Shown here piece by piece: positions 18,063 through 28,149 of a stretch of 57,594 nucleotides of DNA; position 1 is the stretch's first letter; every line of letters starts with the position of its first letter. The notes under the pieces are model-generated. The model ran no database searches and had not been told where the DNA came from. It was given only the letters and a program-made list of their open reading frames with translations. The stretch comes from Armatimonadota bacterium (GTDB taxonomy: Bacteria > Armatimonadota > UBA5829). The position numbers and the translations under genes are program-made. The stretch spans positions 1-57,594 of the forward strand of contig JAAYKG010000060.1 in NCBI GenBank assembly GCA_012522555.1, read 5' to 3'.

Positions 18063-20285
18063 TTGATAAGAACATATTTATGGGTGTTGCTGCTCGTGCT
18101 GGCCGTATCAACCGGGTGTGGTGCGGCTATTGTAATCGAGGACGCGTTTTGTCGGGGAGGGCAGGTATTTTTACACTGGGCCGACCCGGATACGCAATAT
18201 ATACGCTACCATATCTATCGAAACTCAAGTGTAATAGATGATAACTCTATCTCCCAAGCACAGTTAATCGATGGGAATGTGCCGTTAAACAGCGCAAAAG
18301 ATGCGGCTGCGACCTCGGCGGCATTCAGACGCGGCGAGCCTGACCCCGATCGCGGGTACAGAATTTTCGATCTGGCCGAACCATTGGACAAACGCGATGG
18401 CCTTAAGGTGATTACAGTAGACGCACCGGCAGATCGTTATTATGCCGTCGTAGGCGTGAATTCGGATGGCACCGAAGACTTGAATATTGTCGTAGGGCAA
18501 AACAGCCTTTCGTCTGCTATTCATGAGACTTCCGGAAATGCTGTGCCTGTTCTTGATGAAAAGGGAGTGCAGAACGTCTCAGGGTACGATTATCCTTGGG
18601 AAACCTACACGTGGTTCAAGCGCAATGATGAGTCACTGTTCGACGGCGAGGCAACGAAGATTACCATCACCCTCCCCAAACCTAACTTGTCCGGAAAATA
18701 CGCAACGATGTTATATCTTCATGCCATAAACGGAACAAACAGGATTCAGCCCTGGTGGAACCTCATCATTATTTCACCGATGGATTGCTCCCCGAACCTG
18801 CCTCACGGGGGCAATAGTTGGTGGTATGGGTATTGCAGCACCTATCCTTCTTTGTCCGGAACTGTGATCAACTACACGGAAAATATGCTGTTGCATATGT
18901 TGGGGTGGGCGAAATCGAGCTTTCCAATCGATGAAGACCGTGTTACCGTCAGCGGAGGGTCGATGGGCGGCACAGGTGCGCTGTCGTTTGGCCTGCGGCA
19001 TCCTGAGTTGTTTTCGAGTATATGCGCAACCGTCCCGCAGGTGAATCCCGGATTGCCGGATATAGGCTGGTCGCAGACTCAATTAAGAAATATCTGGGGT
19101 TCGTTGGCGGCGAATTTGCCTTCCGACGAGGGTGTGGGGGTGTGGGATCGCCAGAACTCGACTGCGTATGTGACGAATCATCCCGAAGATATTCCATTCA
19201 TAAAGGTACAGAACAGCAAAAACGACGATACCTTGAAGTGGTTTCAAGTTCCGCAATTTTATTACAATCTTAACGAGAACCGACACGCGTTCATAGCGGC
19301 TTGGGGCCAAGGCGGGCATGTCAACAGCTCTTCCGGCCTGCCGCCGGAATATACTGGCTTTGATGTCTACACAAAGATTAAGCGCAGCCAGAGCTACCCC
19401 GCGGTCAGCAATTCTTCCTCAAATAACAATCCTGGCAATGGCGACCCCTCGCAAGGAGACAGCGTGGGACAGATGAATGCCGGATACGATTGGCAGATAC
19501 GAACCGCCACTGCCACCACGTGGGTGGCTGATATCAAATATACGGTGAGCGGCGGAACGCCCACCGCCGATATATCTCCACGCAGACTCCAGCAGTTCGA
19601 TTTTGCATCGGGCGATCGACTTGCTTATATTTTAACGGAGATTGCGACGGGGCAAGTTATTGCAGGTGGCTATGTGACTGCGCAGCGCGGCCGATTCGTC
19701 ACCGTGCCCAACATTCCGTTTGCTAATGAATATCGGCGGCTGACGATTCGGAAAACCTCGGGTCAGACAATACCTGATTTGATTGCTTTTGACGAAGACG
19801 CTGATGTTGACCTCGACGAGATTATCATAACTGCTGTATTTGCGGACGCAGCCTACGCGTGTAGTGAGAAGCGCGTGCCGGCCGTAGCGCTTCTTGGTGC
19901 GCATGGATTTGAGGTGGGAGATAGCATTTCATTGCGGGGCACGAAGACAGTGTTTGGTGGGATGGTTGCAGTGAATGTTTCCCAGTTCACGACTGTCAGC
20001 CCCTCAACTAATACCATTCGCCCGATTGGCTCGCCTGGGCTAGACGGTAGCCACGGTAGGCCGCTTCAGTTGGGTGTACTTGTGAAGGTTTGGGGGAGAG
20101 TGCTTGAAGACGATAATTTCGTTATCGATTCGGGAAGTGGGCCGATAGTTATATACGGCGGTTATGGCGTGAAGCCTGCTGTGGGCACTTATGTAGCGGC
20201 GACCGGTATTTGTTCAGAAATGCAATCAGCAGGCGTTCAATATGGAGTCAGGGTGCGCGACGCCCAAGACATCATCTCGTTTTAG
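18063..20285 (+). CDS. secreted lipoprotein with a central alpha/beta-hydrolase (esterase) domain
   Basis: TTG start and lipobox-like LAVSTGC. VTVSGGSMGGTGALSFGLRHPELF is a GxSxG nucleophile elbow. N-terminal beta-sandwich-like region and a C-terminal module resembling the C-terminus of the C25 peptidase at 28565. Confidence 0.8.
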   Translation: MIRTYLWVLLLVLAVSTGCGAAIVIEDAFCRGGQVFLHWADPDTQYIRYHIYRNSSVIDDNSISQAQLIDGNVPLNSAKDAAATSAAFRRGEPDPDRGYRIFDLAEPLDKRDGLKVITVDAPADRYYAVVGVNSDGTEDLNIVVGQNSLSSAIHETSGNAVPVLDEKGVQNVSGYDYPWETYTWFKRNDESLFDGEATKITITLPKPNLSGKYATMLYLHAINGTNRIQPWWNLIIISPMDCSPNLPHGGNSWWYGYCSTYPSLSGTVINYTENMLLHMLGWAKSSFPIDEDRVTVSGGSMGGTGALSFGLRHPELFSSICATVPQVNPGLPDIGWSQTQLRNIWGSLAANLPSDEGVGVWDRQNSTAYVTNHPEDIPFIKVQNSKNDDTLKWFQVPQFYYNLNENRHAFIAAWGQGGHVNSSSGLPPEYTGFDVYTKIKRSQSYPAVSNSSSNNNPGNGDPSQGDSVGQMNAGYDWQIRTATATTWVADIKYTVSGGTPTADISPRRLQQFDFASGDRLAYILTEIATGQVIAGGYVTAQRGRFVTVPNIPFANEYRRLTIRKTSGQTIPDLIAFDEDADVDLDEIIITAVFADAAYACSEKRVPAVALLGAHGFEVGDSISLRGTKTVFGGMVAVNVSQFTTVSPSTNTIRPIGSPGLDGSHGRPLQLGVLVKVWGRVLEDDNFVIDSGSGPIVIYGGYGVKPAVGTYVAATGICSEMQSAGVQYGVRVRDAQDIISF

Positions 20286-20298
20286 CGACAAATAAATC

Positions 20299-20326
20299 GA
20301 AAAGCTCGGTTTTCGCCGAGCTTTTC
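20299..20326 (+). terminator. rho-independent terminator
   Basis: AAAAGCTCGG-TTTTCG-CCGAGCTTTT, a perfect 10-bp stem ending in a T-run, 14 nt after the stop. Confidence 0.75.
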
Positions 20327-20622
20327 AATCTTACAAAATATTCACTTTTCCAATTTTTAAGTTGGGCTGTAAATGTTTCCGTTGAAGCCCAAGGAAAAAT
20401 GATGACTACACAGCGTTTCACAGGGCTTCATCGCTTGCTTCTTTACAACCATTTGCATATTACCCGCAATTAGACAGGCAGTCGATTACCTGTACGACCT
20501 AATTTTTCGTAATACCAAAGTAGTATAATGAGCCGGGCACGAGCGGGAACCTATTGTGTGCGTATTTGCGTCACTATGGATGTGAGAACACAGCCGCCCC
20601 GATCGGCCAAAGGAGCAGCCTT

Positions 20623-21306
20623 TTGTCTATACTCAAAACACTTTTAGTGATCACCATAAGCACTGCAAGGCTCATATTCCCTGGAATGCCGGGAGACCCA
20701 AGCGCATCCGAGGGTGCTAAGCCGACAGCAGTTCGCTCGTTAAACATTGAACTCGCGTCCGATAATGCGGTTGAAGCAGCCTCCAAAGCAAGTATGTCGA
20801 TCCCCGAAGCGCTCGGCTACGGCAAGAGCGTCGACTTGATGGTTGAGAGATCCGCGCCTGAAAAGTCAGAACCCAGCAAAATCGAGCTTAGGGAATACTG
20901 GGGCAGTTCGCAAAATATTGCGGCAGATCAACCCAAGATTACCACCTCAAGCAAACACACCGATGAAGATATAGATGATTCCGTTCCGGACAGATCTTTT
21001 GCTTTTTGGCCGTCCACCAACCCGAAATCTTTCGAAGAATCCACAGATCTAGCCGGTGTATATACCCTGAAGAGCAACTTTTGCGCTAATACGTCAGTTA
21101 CCCTCACTAAGGATCAGAACTTTCTCGAGCCGTTAAACATCACTACCTCCGCAACTCAAGCCGATCTGTCAAGACCAATTACGGTGAGATGGAAACCTGT
21201 GGCTGGCGCGGTGGGATACATTCTAACGGCTTTTGGAGGCAATGAAAAATACAGCATTACGTGGACGTCAAGCGCCAAACCCGAACTTGCCCGACGGGTG
21301 ATCTAG
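20623..21306 (+). CDS. hypothetical secreted protein, N-terminal part ending at an in-frame TAG
   Basis: TTG 20623 lies 7 nt after AGGAG. Hydrophobic N-terminus (SILKTLLVITISTARL). The Fn3-like VRWKPVAGAVGYIL motif sits near the TAG at 21304-21306. Confidence 0.6.
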   Translation: MSILKTLLVITISTARLIFPGMPGDPSASEGAKPTAVRSLNIELASDNAVEAASKASMSIPEALGYGKSVDLMVERSAPEKSEPSKIELREYWGSSQNIAADQPKITTSSKHTDEDIDDSVPDRSFAFWPSTNPKSFEESTDLAGVYTLKSNFCANTSVTLTKDQNFLEPLNITTSATQADLSRPITVRWKPVAGAVGYILTAFGGNEKYSITWTSSAKPELARRVI

Positions 21307-21312
21307 CGACCC

Positions 21313-21546
21313 GTGACCCAGGAGAGCCTTGAAAATTATATTAAAGAAGGGGTTATCATCCCTGCCTATGTGGTGTCCAATACCATACCGGCGGGTGTGT
21401 TTAAGGGATCAAACAGTGTGATGCTGAGGGCTACAGCCGTAGGCAGGGACATAGTGCAGACGAACGACGACATTACGACCTGGATTCTTGTGCGCTCCAC
21501 CAGCAGCGTGCCGCTGTACAGTAAACTCGCCGAAGCGAGCAAGTAA
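21313..21546 (+). CDS. probable continuation of the 20623 ORF (same frame, two codons after the TAG)
   Basis: Same reading frame as 20623-21306 and no SD before its GTG. The sequence reads on as one beta-rich domain. Confidence 0.4.
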   Translation: MTQESLENYIKEGVIIPAYVVSNTIPAGVFKGSNSVMLRATAVGRDIVQTNDDITTWILVRSTSSVPLYSKLAEASK

Positions 21547-21642
21547 TACCAGAGCCGTGGACAGAGAACTGAGGTTGAAGTAGGGTCGATGGATCAGAGC
21601 TGCGCAATGTTGTAGTATATCCATAGATGCGGGAGGTTTGCG

Positions 21643-22875
21643 GTGCAAATTGCATATTGCTGTGTGTTGATGATCTTTCTCAGCGCGTGTTCTTGCGTTG
21701 GGGATATAAGCGTTAAAGAGTTCGGCGCCGTGGGTGACGGCAAAGCTGACGACACCTCAGCCATTCAATCTGCCATAGACAAAGCCTCCGAGAACAAACA
21801 CGGTGCTTGCGTGGTGCTTCCGGCAGGGGCATATCGCCTCACCGATACCATTACCATAAAAGGCTGCCTGCTCAAAGGACTTGAAGCCGGGGGTTGGTCA
21901 TCTGATTCTGCTCCGATGCCGAAGTTGATCGTCGATCATACCAAAGGGCCGTGTATAAGAGCGGGGGCGGGGGCGTCGGTTCACGGGATCAACTTTGAGT
22001 ATGATCATAAAGGCCAGGCTGCCGTTAAGTTCGGCGAGACCATTTTGATTGAAGGTCTCGGAATATCCCTTACTAACCTTCGCATTCATAGTCCTTATGA
22101 GGCGATTATGGCCGATGGAACGACCAACATCGGTCGGCTGAATATTGAGAACATCTTTATCATATCAGCGCGGAGCTGCGGGGTATATGTCACCAACACC
22201 TATGATATTCCTACTTTGCGAAATATAGAGGTCTGGAACCCGGACAAATACTCTCAGCAGCACTGCGTTGGGTTCAAATTCGGCAAGAATGATGAAATCA
22301 GAGTGGATAGCTGCTTCGCGTTCGCTTGCAAGACGGGTTTTTTGTTTGTAAAGGAAAAGGACGGGGCGACGTGGGGAGGGATGAACGGCTGCTCGGCTGA
22401 CTTTTCAATAAATGGGATTGTGATTGAGGAGGTCAACTCCCTGAGAATAAACGGCGGTTGTTTGTGGGCACATTCGACCTCTCTAAAGGTTGCTGGGCCG
22501 GGGCGGGTGATGGTGACAGGAACCGACCTTAGATCAAACGGCGACGCGGCATTGATCGTGGATGATTGCACAAGTGTTAATATCACAGGCTGCGACATCG
22601 GTAAATCAGGTCCCGATTGGCCGAACGTTCCCGCGGTGAAGATCAACGGCGGCAAAGGCGTCCTTATAAGCGGTTGTACGATCGACGACAACGGGCCAGG
22701 CATTGTGGCAGCTGCGGGTGCGGACTATTTTTCGATCACCAACAACGTTTTTCTGCCCTCGAAATATGAGGCGATCATCGACAAGTCCGGAGCGGAAGCG
22801 AAAAAGATAATCTCCAGCAATTTGATAGAAAAAATTAGCGAGACCGAAGGGAAATCTCAGCTTGATTCAAAATGA
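21643..22875 (+). CDS. right-handed beta-helix lipoprotein (Pectate_lyase_3 / polysaccharide depolymerase-like)
   Basis: GTG start 6 nt after GGGAGG and lipobox FLSAC. SVKEFGAVGDGKADDTSAIQSAID is the PF12708-type N-terminal signature, followed by repeated beta-helix coils. Confidence 0.85.
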   Translation: MQIAYCCVLMIFLSACSCVGDISVKEFGAVGDGKADDTSAIQSAIDKASENKHGACVVLPAGAYRLTDTITIKGCLLKGLEAGGWSSDSAPMPKLIVDHTKGPCIRAGAGASVHGINFEYDHKGQAAVKFGETILIEGLGISLTNLRIHSPYEAIMADGTTNIGRLNIENIFIISARSCGVYVTNTYDIPTLRNIEVWNPDKYSQQHCVGFKFGKNDEIRVDSCFAFACKTGFLFVKEKDGATWGGMNGCSADFSINGIVIEEVNSLRINGGCLWAHSTSLKVAGPGRVMVTGTDLRSNGDAALIVDDCTSVNITGCDIGKSGPDWPNVPAVKINGGKGVLISGCTIDDNGPGIVAAAGADYFSITNNVFLPSKYEAIIDKSGAEAKKIISSNLIEKISETEGKSQLDSK

Positions 22876-22914
22876 AGAGTGCCGACGGGCGAGAGTGCTT
22901 TTCACAAGTTAAAA

Positions 22915-22949
22915 AATAAAGCAAAAAGCCCGCCAGGGAATCGGCAGGC
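22915..22949 (-). terminator. rho-independent terminator downstream of tRNA-Gln
   Basis: The minus strand reads GCCTGCC-GATTCCCT-GGCGGGC followed by TTTTTGCTTTATTTTTT. Confidence 0.6.
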
Positions 22950-22982
22950 CGTAAAATCGGAGGGATGTTCGGTTTTGAAAAA

Positions 22983-23058
22983 TGGCTGCCGACCTAGGGC
23001 TTGAACCTAGAACCTTCTGATCCAGAGTCAGACGCTCTGCCAGTTGAGCTAGTCGGCA
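22983..23058 (-). tRNA. tRNA-Gln (anticodon CUG), CCA encoded
   Basis: Manual cloverleaf: acceptor TGCCGAC/GTCGGCA, D stem GCTC/GAGC, anticodon stem TCTGA/TCAGA with loop CTCTGGA, T stem CTAGG/CCTAG with loop TTCAAGC, discriminator G, then CCA. 76 nt. Confidence 0.93.
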
Positions 23059-23186
23059 AGACAGTAAAATTTAACACAATTCGGAGCTTTGTGTCAAGCA
23101 AAATCGTCGTTAAGTAGCCCTGAATGAATCGACGCCGACCACGAGTAGTCATCAGCGCTGGTAAACAGGAATGGAGCGCCGGGTTA

Positions 23187-23540
23187 TTAACCGGGAGGCC
23201 AACTAAGACTTCGCCCACCCAGAAGGTGGAAATGCACATGCCACACCGATTGCCCTGCACCCTCGTTGCAGTTGATGACTAATCTGTAGCCATCTTGGCT
23301 GATTCCTCGGTCTGCGGCGATTTTGTTGGCGGCAACAACGATCTTGCCCATCAAGCAAACATCAGAGTCATTCATTACGTCAGATATTCTGGCGATGTGC
23401 TTTTTGGGCACAATTAAAACATGGACTGGCGCTTGCGGATTGAGATCGTCAAAGGCAGCAACCTCATCATCCTCATATATGAGTTTGCCCACCTTACCTG
23501 CCGCAATTTTGCAAAAAATGCAATCATCGATCTTGTTCAT
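23187..23540 (-). CDS. HIT-family (histidine triad) nucleotide hydrolase
   Basis: CIFCKI ... HVHFHLLGG histidine triad. 117 aa. Confidence 0.92.
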   Translation of the reverse strand: MNKIDDCIFCKIAAGKVGKLIYEDDEVAAFDDLNPQAPVHVLIVPKKHIARISDVMNDSDVCLMGKIVVAANKIAADRGISQDGYRLVINCNEGAGQSVWHVHFHLLGGRSLSWPPG

Positions 23541-24825
23541 CTTTACCCTCCATAGACCCTATGAGGAAGTTGTGCTCGGCGGCCTCGATTTTTACCCTGA
23601 CGATCTCGCCTCGCAGGCTGAGGTCGCCATGAAAACGAGTCTCAACATAATTATCAGAAAAGCCAACCAAATGTCCAGTCCCGCCCCCCTTTTCTACAAG
23701 CACTTCTAACGATTGGCCGATAAGTGACGATGCAAACCGGCGCTGGGTGATTGTTCCCAAGTCGGATATTTCTTCTGCACGACGTTTCTTCTCATCCGCC
23801 GAAACATGATCGGGTAAAGATGCGGCGGATGTGCGCTTGCGTGGGGAAAAACGAAAGACATGTAACCGCGAAAAGCCTATTGCGTCGACCAGAGATCGTG
23901 TATTGGCGAACGCCTGTTCTGTTTCTCCGGGGAATCCGACAATAACGTCCGTGGTTACTGCAATTCCAGAGATGGCTCGTCTGACTCGATCGACTATTTG
24001 TATATACTGGGCAGCGGTGTAAGGACGATTCATCGCAAGTAAAGTATCATCATCTCCGCTCTGCAGTGGAATGTGAAGATGCCGGCAGACTTTTGGAGAT
24101 TGCATTGCCTCCAACAAGGCATCGCTAACCTCCCACGGTTCGATTGAGCTGAGCCGAATACGTCCAATTCCATTGATAGTTGAAACTAAAGATATCAATT
24201 CAGGCAGGCGGCTGGATTCTGAACTTTGCGTCGTGCCATAACTACCTAAGCGTATCCCGGTAAGCACAACTTCTTTGTAACCGTGGTTTGTCAGGTCCTG
24301 AACCTCAGACAAAACATCTTCGAATGAGCGCGAGGGTTTGCAAGGCCTTGCGTAGGGGATCACACAGTAGGAACAGAATTGGTCGCAGCCGTCCTGCACT
24401 TTCACAATTGCTCTGGTCCTAAGGCGGGGCGGCGAATTGGGTGATACTTGTCCCAGTTCAGAAATAGTGGTTTCGACAGCAGAATCAAATTGGGCAGATA
24501 TAAGGGCCGAAAGCGCGTCTTTCTCGGAATTGGAAACAGTGAGTATCTTTGCGCTGATGTTTTTCAATTGGGCTGCTTCCAACTCGGCATAGCAGCCGGT
24601 AACTACAATTAGCGCATTACGATTCGATTTTATCGCTCGGCGAATCGCGGCGCGTGATTTACTGTCAGCGGTGGCGGTTACCGAGCAGGTGTTTACCACA
24701 TACACATCTGCTTGGCTGTTGAATGGCACAATCCGGAAGCCGGCGACCTCCAAATCGCGACGATATCTTTCGGTCTCATATTGATTGACCTTGCAGCCAA
24801 GAGTATAGTAAGCAATTGTCGGCAT
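23524..24825 (-). CDS. mtaB: MiaB-like radical-SAM tRNA methylthiotransferase (MtaB type)
   Basis: UPF0004 N-domain (YTLGCKVNQYE), radical-SAM CDQFCSYC and a C-terminal TRAM-like domain. The size (433 aa) fits MtaB. Confidence 0.88.
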   Translation of the reverse strand: MPTIAYYTLGCKVNQYETERYRRDLEVAGFRIVPFNSQADVYVVNTCSVTATADSKSRAAIRRAIKSNRNALIVVTGCYAELEAAQLKNISAKILTVSNSEKDALSALISAQFDSAVETTISELGQVSPNSPPRLRTRAIVKVQDGCDQFCSYCVIPYARPCKPSRSFEDVLSEVQDLTNHGYKEVVLTGIRLGSYGTTQSSESSRLPELISLVSTINGIGRIRLSSIEPWEVSDALLEAMQSPKVCRHLHIPLQSGDDDTLLAMNRPYTAAQYIQIVDRVRRAISGIAVTTDVIVGFPGETEQAFANTRSLVDAIGFSRLHVFRFSPRKRTSAASLPDHVSADEKKRRAEEISDLGTITQRRFASSLIGQSLEVLVEKGGGTGHLVGFSDNYVETRFHGDLSLRGEIVRVKIEAAEHNFLIGSMEGKDEQDR

Positions 24826-24984
24826 ATTAACATGGTATTATGATGGCAGACCTTCGTCAACAGCAAAGCAGGAATTATCTGCGAGATCGCTAATCAGAGC
24901 TTATACCTGATTTTCAGCTTCCGTTGTGGGTGGAAGTGCTGGATGAACATTTGTTGCTATAACTTGTCGATTGGGAGGAATGGT

Positions 24985-26133
24985 ATGGGTAGTGAACGGG
25001 CGCACCAACGGGGAACGACTTGGGCCATAATTGCGATCGGCTCACTTGCTGTAATCCTACTGATAGAGCGATTGAAATGGCTGATTGTAATGATCACAGC
25101 CACTGCGGCTCCGTTCTTTGTAGCATTTCTGCTGGCATTCATGTTGAATCCGCTGATGGCCCGACTGGAGAAGAGGGGCTTGTCGAGGGTATGCTCGGTG
25201 GTTGTAACGAGTCTGCTGTTTCTGGCTGTCTTTGCCGTCGGAGTATTCCTGGTGCTGCCGCAATTCGTAACTCAAGGCGCAGATTTCGTGAGCAGCATTC
25301 CAGCATATGCGCGGGCCTTGGAGAAAGGAATTGATAATTTTCTGGTCGGTCAAAAGGCCTTGTTACAGAGAGTTAGCTTACCAACCTCGATTGCTGAATT
25401 AATCAAGCGATTCCCCGACGAGATGCGACAGTTTTCCACCGCAGCTTTGAATGTAATGAGTCATTTCGTGCTAGCTGTAGTGAGTAAAGTGACTTGGCTG
25501 GTGGTTGTGCCTCTTGTTACGGTATGGCTTCTTATCAACTGGAATGCTCAAAGAGAGGCGATTTACAGACAAATCTCTGATGTTCATCGAGAACGATTCG
25601 TTCGTGTAACACAGTGTATTGCGGGGGTATTAAACTCATACGTGAGGGGAACAATTGTGGTAGCTGTGTTATATGGCGTGGTCACAACCGTGATCTTAGG
25701 TTTAATATTTCGTATGCCATATGCACTGATACTGGGACTGATCGCCGGCCTGGTGTCACCGATACCGTATGTCGGCTCGATTATTATATTACTGTCGACA
25801 GGGATCGTAGCCTATGCCACAAATCCTTCGCTCGGGTACGTTGTGGCAGTTATTTCGGCTATGGTAGTTCAGAACAATATCCTGTTCGATAATTTAGTGG
25901 CGCCAAGAGTATTAGGCGGAGCGGTTGGACTCAATCTCCCGTGGAGTCTTTTTGCCCTTATGTTGGGTGGGAGCATGTTCGGCATAGCGGGAATGCTCAT
26001 TGCAGTGCCAGTCGGCGCCACAATTCGGGTAATCATACTCGAATTGATGCCAAAAGCGCCAAAAGCTCAGTCGGATAATAAGCACCCAGAAAGACAAGGA
26101 GGGACCGAGGAGACTATCTCCCACACAACATAA
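24985..26133 (+). CDS. AI-2E family transporter (PerM/UPF0118)
   Basis: Polytopic protein with the typical central loop and a C-terminal PYVGSIIILL ... GGSMFGIAGMLIAVP region. Start at ATG 24985 behind GGGAGG. Confidence 0.88.
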   Translation: MGSERAHQRGTTWAIIAIGSLAVILLIERLKWLIVMITATAAPFFVAFLLAFMLNPLMARLEKRGLSRVCSVVVTSLLFLAVFAVGVFLVLPQFVTQGADFVSSIPAYARALEKGIDNFLVGQKALLQRVSLPTSIAELIKRFPDEMRQFSTAALNVMSHFVLAVVSKVTWLVVVPLVTVWLLINWNAQREAIYRQISDVHRERFVRVTQCIAGVLNSYVRGTIVVAVLYGVVTTVILGLIFRMPYALILGLIAGLVSPIPYVGSIIILLSTGIVAYATNPSLGYVVAVISAMVVQNNILFDNLVAPRVLGGAVGLNLPWSLFALMLGGSMFGIAGMLIAVPVGATIRVIILELMPKAPKAQSDNKHPERQGGTEETISHTT

Positions 26134-26986
26134 TCAACAGTCGCTCGAGATCATCATCAGAGTAATATTCCATCACGATCCGGCCACGGTCTTTAGTCTG
26201 AATAATTGAGACCTTCGTGCCAAATAGCCTCCGCAGTTGCGCCTCAGCTTCCAACAGGTTCGGGTCTTGTTCATCCAAAAATGTTTCACGTGAAACATTC
26301 TCCGTTCCCCTGCTAGCCTCGCCACGATTCCACTCCCGCGCCAGTCTCTCGGCCTCTCTCACTGATAACCCTGCCCCTGTAATCCTCTTGCACAGTTCGA
26401 TTCGTTCAGGCTCACCATCTATTGAAAGTATGGCCCTAGCATGCCCTTCTCCAATTCTTCCTCTTTTGAGCTCAGATTTCACGGGCTCCGGTAAACTTAG
26501 CAGCCTCATGGTGTTAGCAATAGCCGAGCGACTCTTTCCAACCGCAAATGCCAGGCTCTCTTGCGACAGGCCAAACTCTTCTGATAGACGTTTATACGCT
26601 AAGGCGGCATCAATCGCATTAATATCCTCTCGTTGAATGTTTTCAACCAATGCGACTTCAAGGCTTTGCTCGTTAGTCAGTTCCCGAACAACCGACGGTA
26701 TACGCGCTAACCCAGCAGCCTTCGCCGCTCTCAGTCGTCTCTCACCGGCCACCAGTTCGTAGTCGCCATCTCCTTTTGATCGGATGACTATTGGCTGAAG
26801 GATACCATGAACCCGCACTGAGTTTACCAGCTCTTGGAACTTCTCATCACTATATTCGTTGCGCGGTTGGTATGGATTAACGCTAACCTTGGAGATATCA
26901 ACTTCAGAAATCGTCCCTGGCTGCACTTCCTTATCCGCCATCGGGATCAATGCCCCTAATCCTCTACCGAGACCTTTCTTTTCCAA
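26114..26986 (-). CDS. parB: chromosome partitioning protein ParB/Spo0J
   Basis: [13 protein letters not shown]-terminal motif, ParB box ([15 protein letters not shown]) and an HTH. TTG 26986 lies 9 nt after GGAGG; TTG 27007 is an alternative start. Confidence 0.92.
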   Translation of the reverse strand: MEKKGLGRGLGALIPMADKEVQPGTISEVDISKVSVNPYQPRNEYSDEKFQELVNSVRVHGILQPIVIRSKGDGDYELVAGERRLRAAKAAGLARIPSVVRELTNEQSLEVALVENIQREDINAIDAALAYKRLSEEFGLSQESLAFAVGKSRSAIANTMRLLSLPEPVKSELKRGRIGEGHARAILSIDGEPERIELCKRITGAGLSVREAERLAREWNRGEASRGTENVSRETFLDEQDPNLLEAEAQLRRLFGTKVSIIQTKDRGRIVMEYYSDDDLERLLIMLCGR

Positions 26987-27749
26987 AAGTGGCCACCTCC
27001 GCAGCAAATATCATATAGGCTTCAGCGCCTTTAGATTTCGGATCATAGGAAATTATAGGCTGCCCATGACTAGGAGCCTCACTCAATCAGACATTTCTGG
27101 GGACAAGCACAGGGGACACCCTGGCCCCAAAAAATCGCCTCACCTCATCGACCACCTGCTGAGAAAGATTGGTCCGATAATCGAACATAGTCAGCAACAC
27201 TTTTGCGACCTCAAGGCTGGGGTTCAGGTGCTGGTTCACTAATTCCACAGTCTTTAAAAGCTGGCTGATCCCCTCCAACGCATAATACTCACACTGTATT
27301 GGCAATATCACATACTCAGCCGCGGTAAGCACGTTTACAGTCAACAAGCCCAAAGGTGGCGGACAATCAATCAGAATGAACTCATATCGACCGCTCACTC
27401 TCTCCAGGGCCTGTTTCAGCTTCGTCTCCCGCGACATGGTGGACATCAATTCTATGTCAGCCCCGGCCAGGTCCAGTTTTGCAGGCGCGAGATCTAGCCC
27501 TTGAGTGTCGGTAGAAATTATCACCTGTTCTATGGGAACTTCGTTGATGAGCACGTCATACATGCACATCTTCAACTCCGACTTGATAACCCCCACACCA
27601 CTGGACGCATTCCCCTGCGGATCAATATCGACAAGTAATGTTCTTTCATCCTGGGCTGCCAAGCACGCCGCCACATTGACGGCAGTGGTCGTCTTTCCGA
27701 CACCACCCTTTTGATTTACAACAGCAAAAATCGATGCCATTCCTATCAC
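26964..27749 (-). pseudogene. parA: ParA/Soj partition ATPase interrupted by an in-frame TGA (27087-27089)
   Basis: Deviant Walker A (NQKGGVGKTTT). The ORF stops after ...VLVPRNV, but the same frame continues [40 protein letters not shown], which is the normal ParA C-terminus. The TGA replaces the conserved Arg of PRNVRLSEAPS. Confidence 0.85.
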
Positions 27750-27843
27750 CCACCGATCAGTAGTTCTTATACGGTGGACACTCCTTCGCGTTCTGCGATC
27801 TCGAACATGAGTTTAGATAATCTCATATAATGTAGACGCATGT

Positions 27844-28149
27844 CTATCTTATTTTGTCCGCAGCGCGCCTCCGGAGCATCATATCTGCAATTTCAGCACC
27901 GCTAACATTGTAGTCTCCCTTGGCAATTCGGTCCTTGATTTCCATAACGACCTCGTCCCTTGTTTCCGGCACATCTCTTAGCGCTGCCTCAGCCACAACC
28001 ATGCCCTGTTCCAACGGAGATAGCGACTGCGTGCTGTTGGTTGTTTGGCTCGATACTAGCCCCTTGGGTCGATTCTTCGGGAGAATCTTCTCTTGTGCTG
28101 CTCCCTGATTTACACAGGCCTTATTGGATTCGACGCCCGATATCTTCAT
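27844..28149 (-). CDS. flgM: anti-sigma-28 factor FlgM
   Basis: 101 aa with a disordered N-terminal half. The C-terminus EIKDRIAKGDYNVSGAEIADMML matches the FlgM family. GAGGAGG SD present. Confidence 0.8.
   Translation of the reverse strand: MKISGVESNKACVNQGAAQEKILPKNRPKGLVSSQTTNSTQSLSPLEQGMVVAEAALRDVPETRDEVVMEIKDRIAKGDYNVSGAEIADMMLRRRAADKIR

Noticed and set aside
20210-20473. 87-aa ORF spanning the end of the esterase gene and the AT-rich spacer
   Set aside because: It overlaps the esterase 3' end and its terminator hairpin. The composition is non-coding-like.
27087-27089. Selenocysteine at the parA TGA, or pyrrolysine at the 21304 TAG
   Set aside because: The parA position is a conserved Arg in a non-redox ATPase. 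I see no SECIS-like hairpin directly downstream, and nothing in the window suggests Sec or Pyl machinery.
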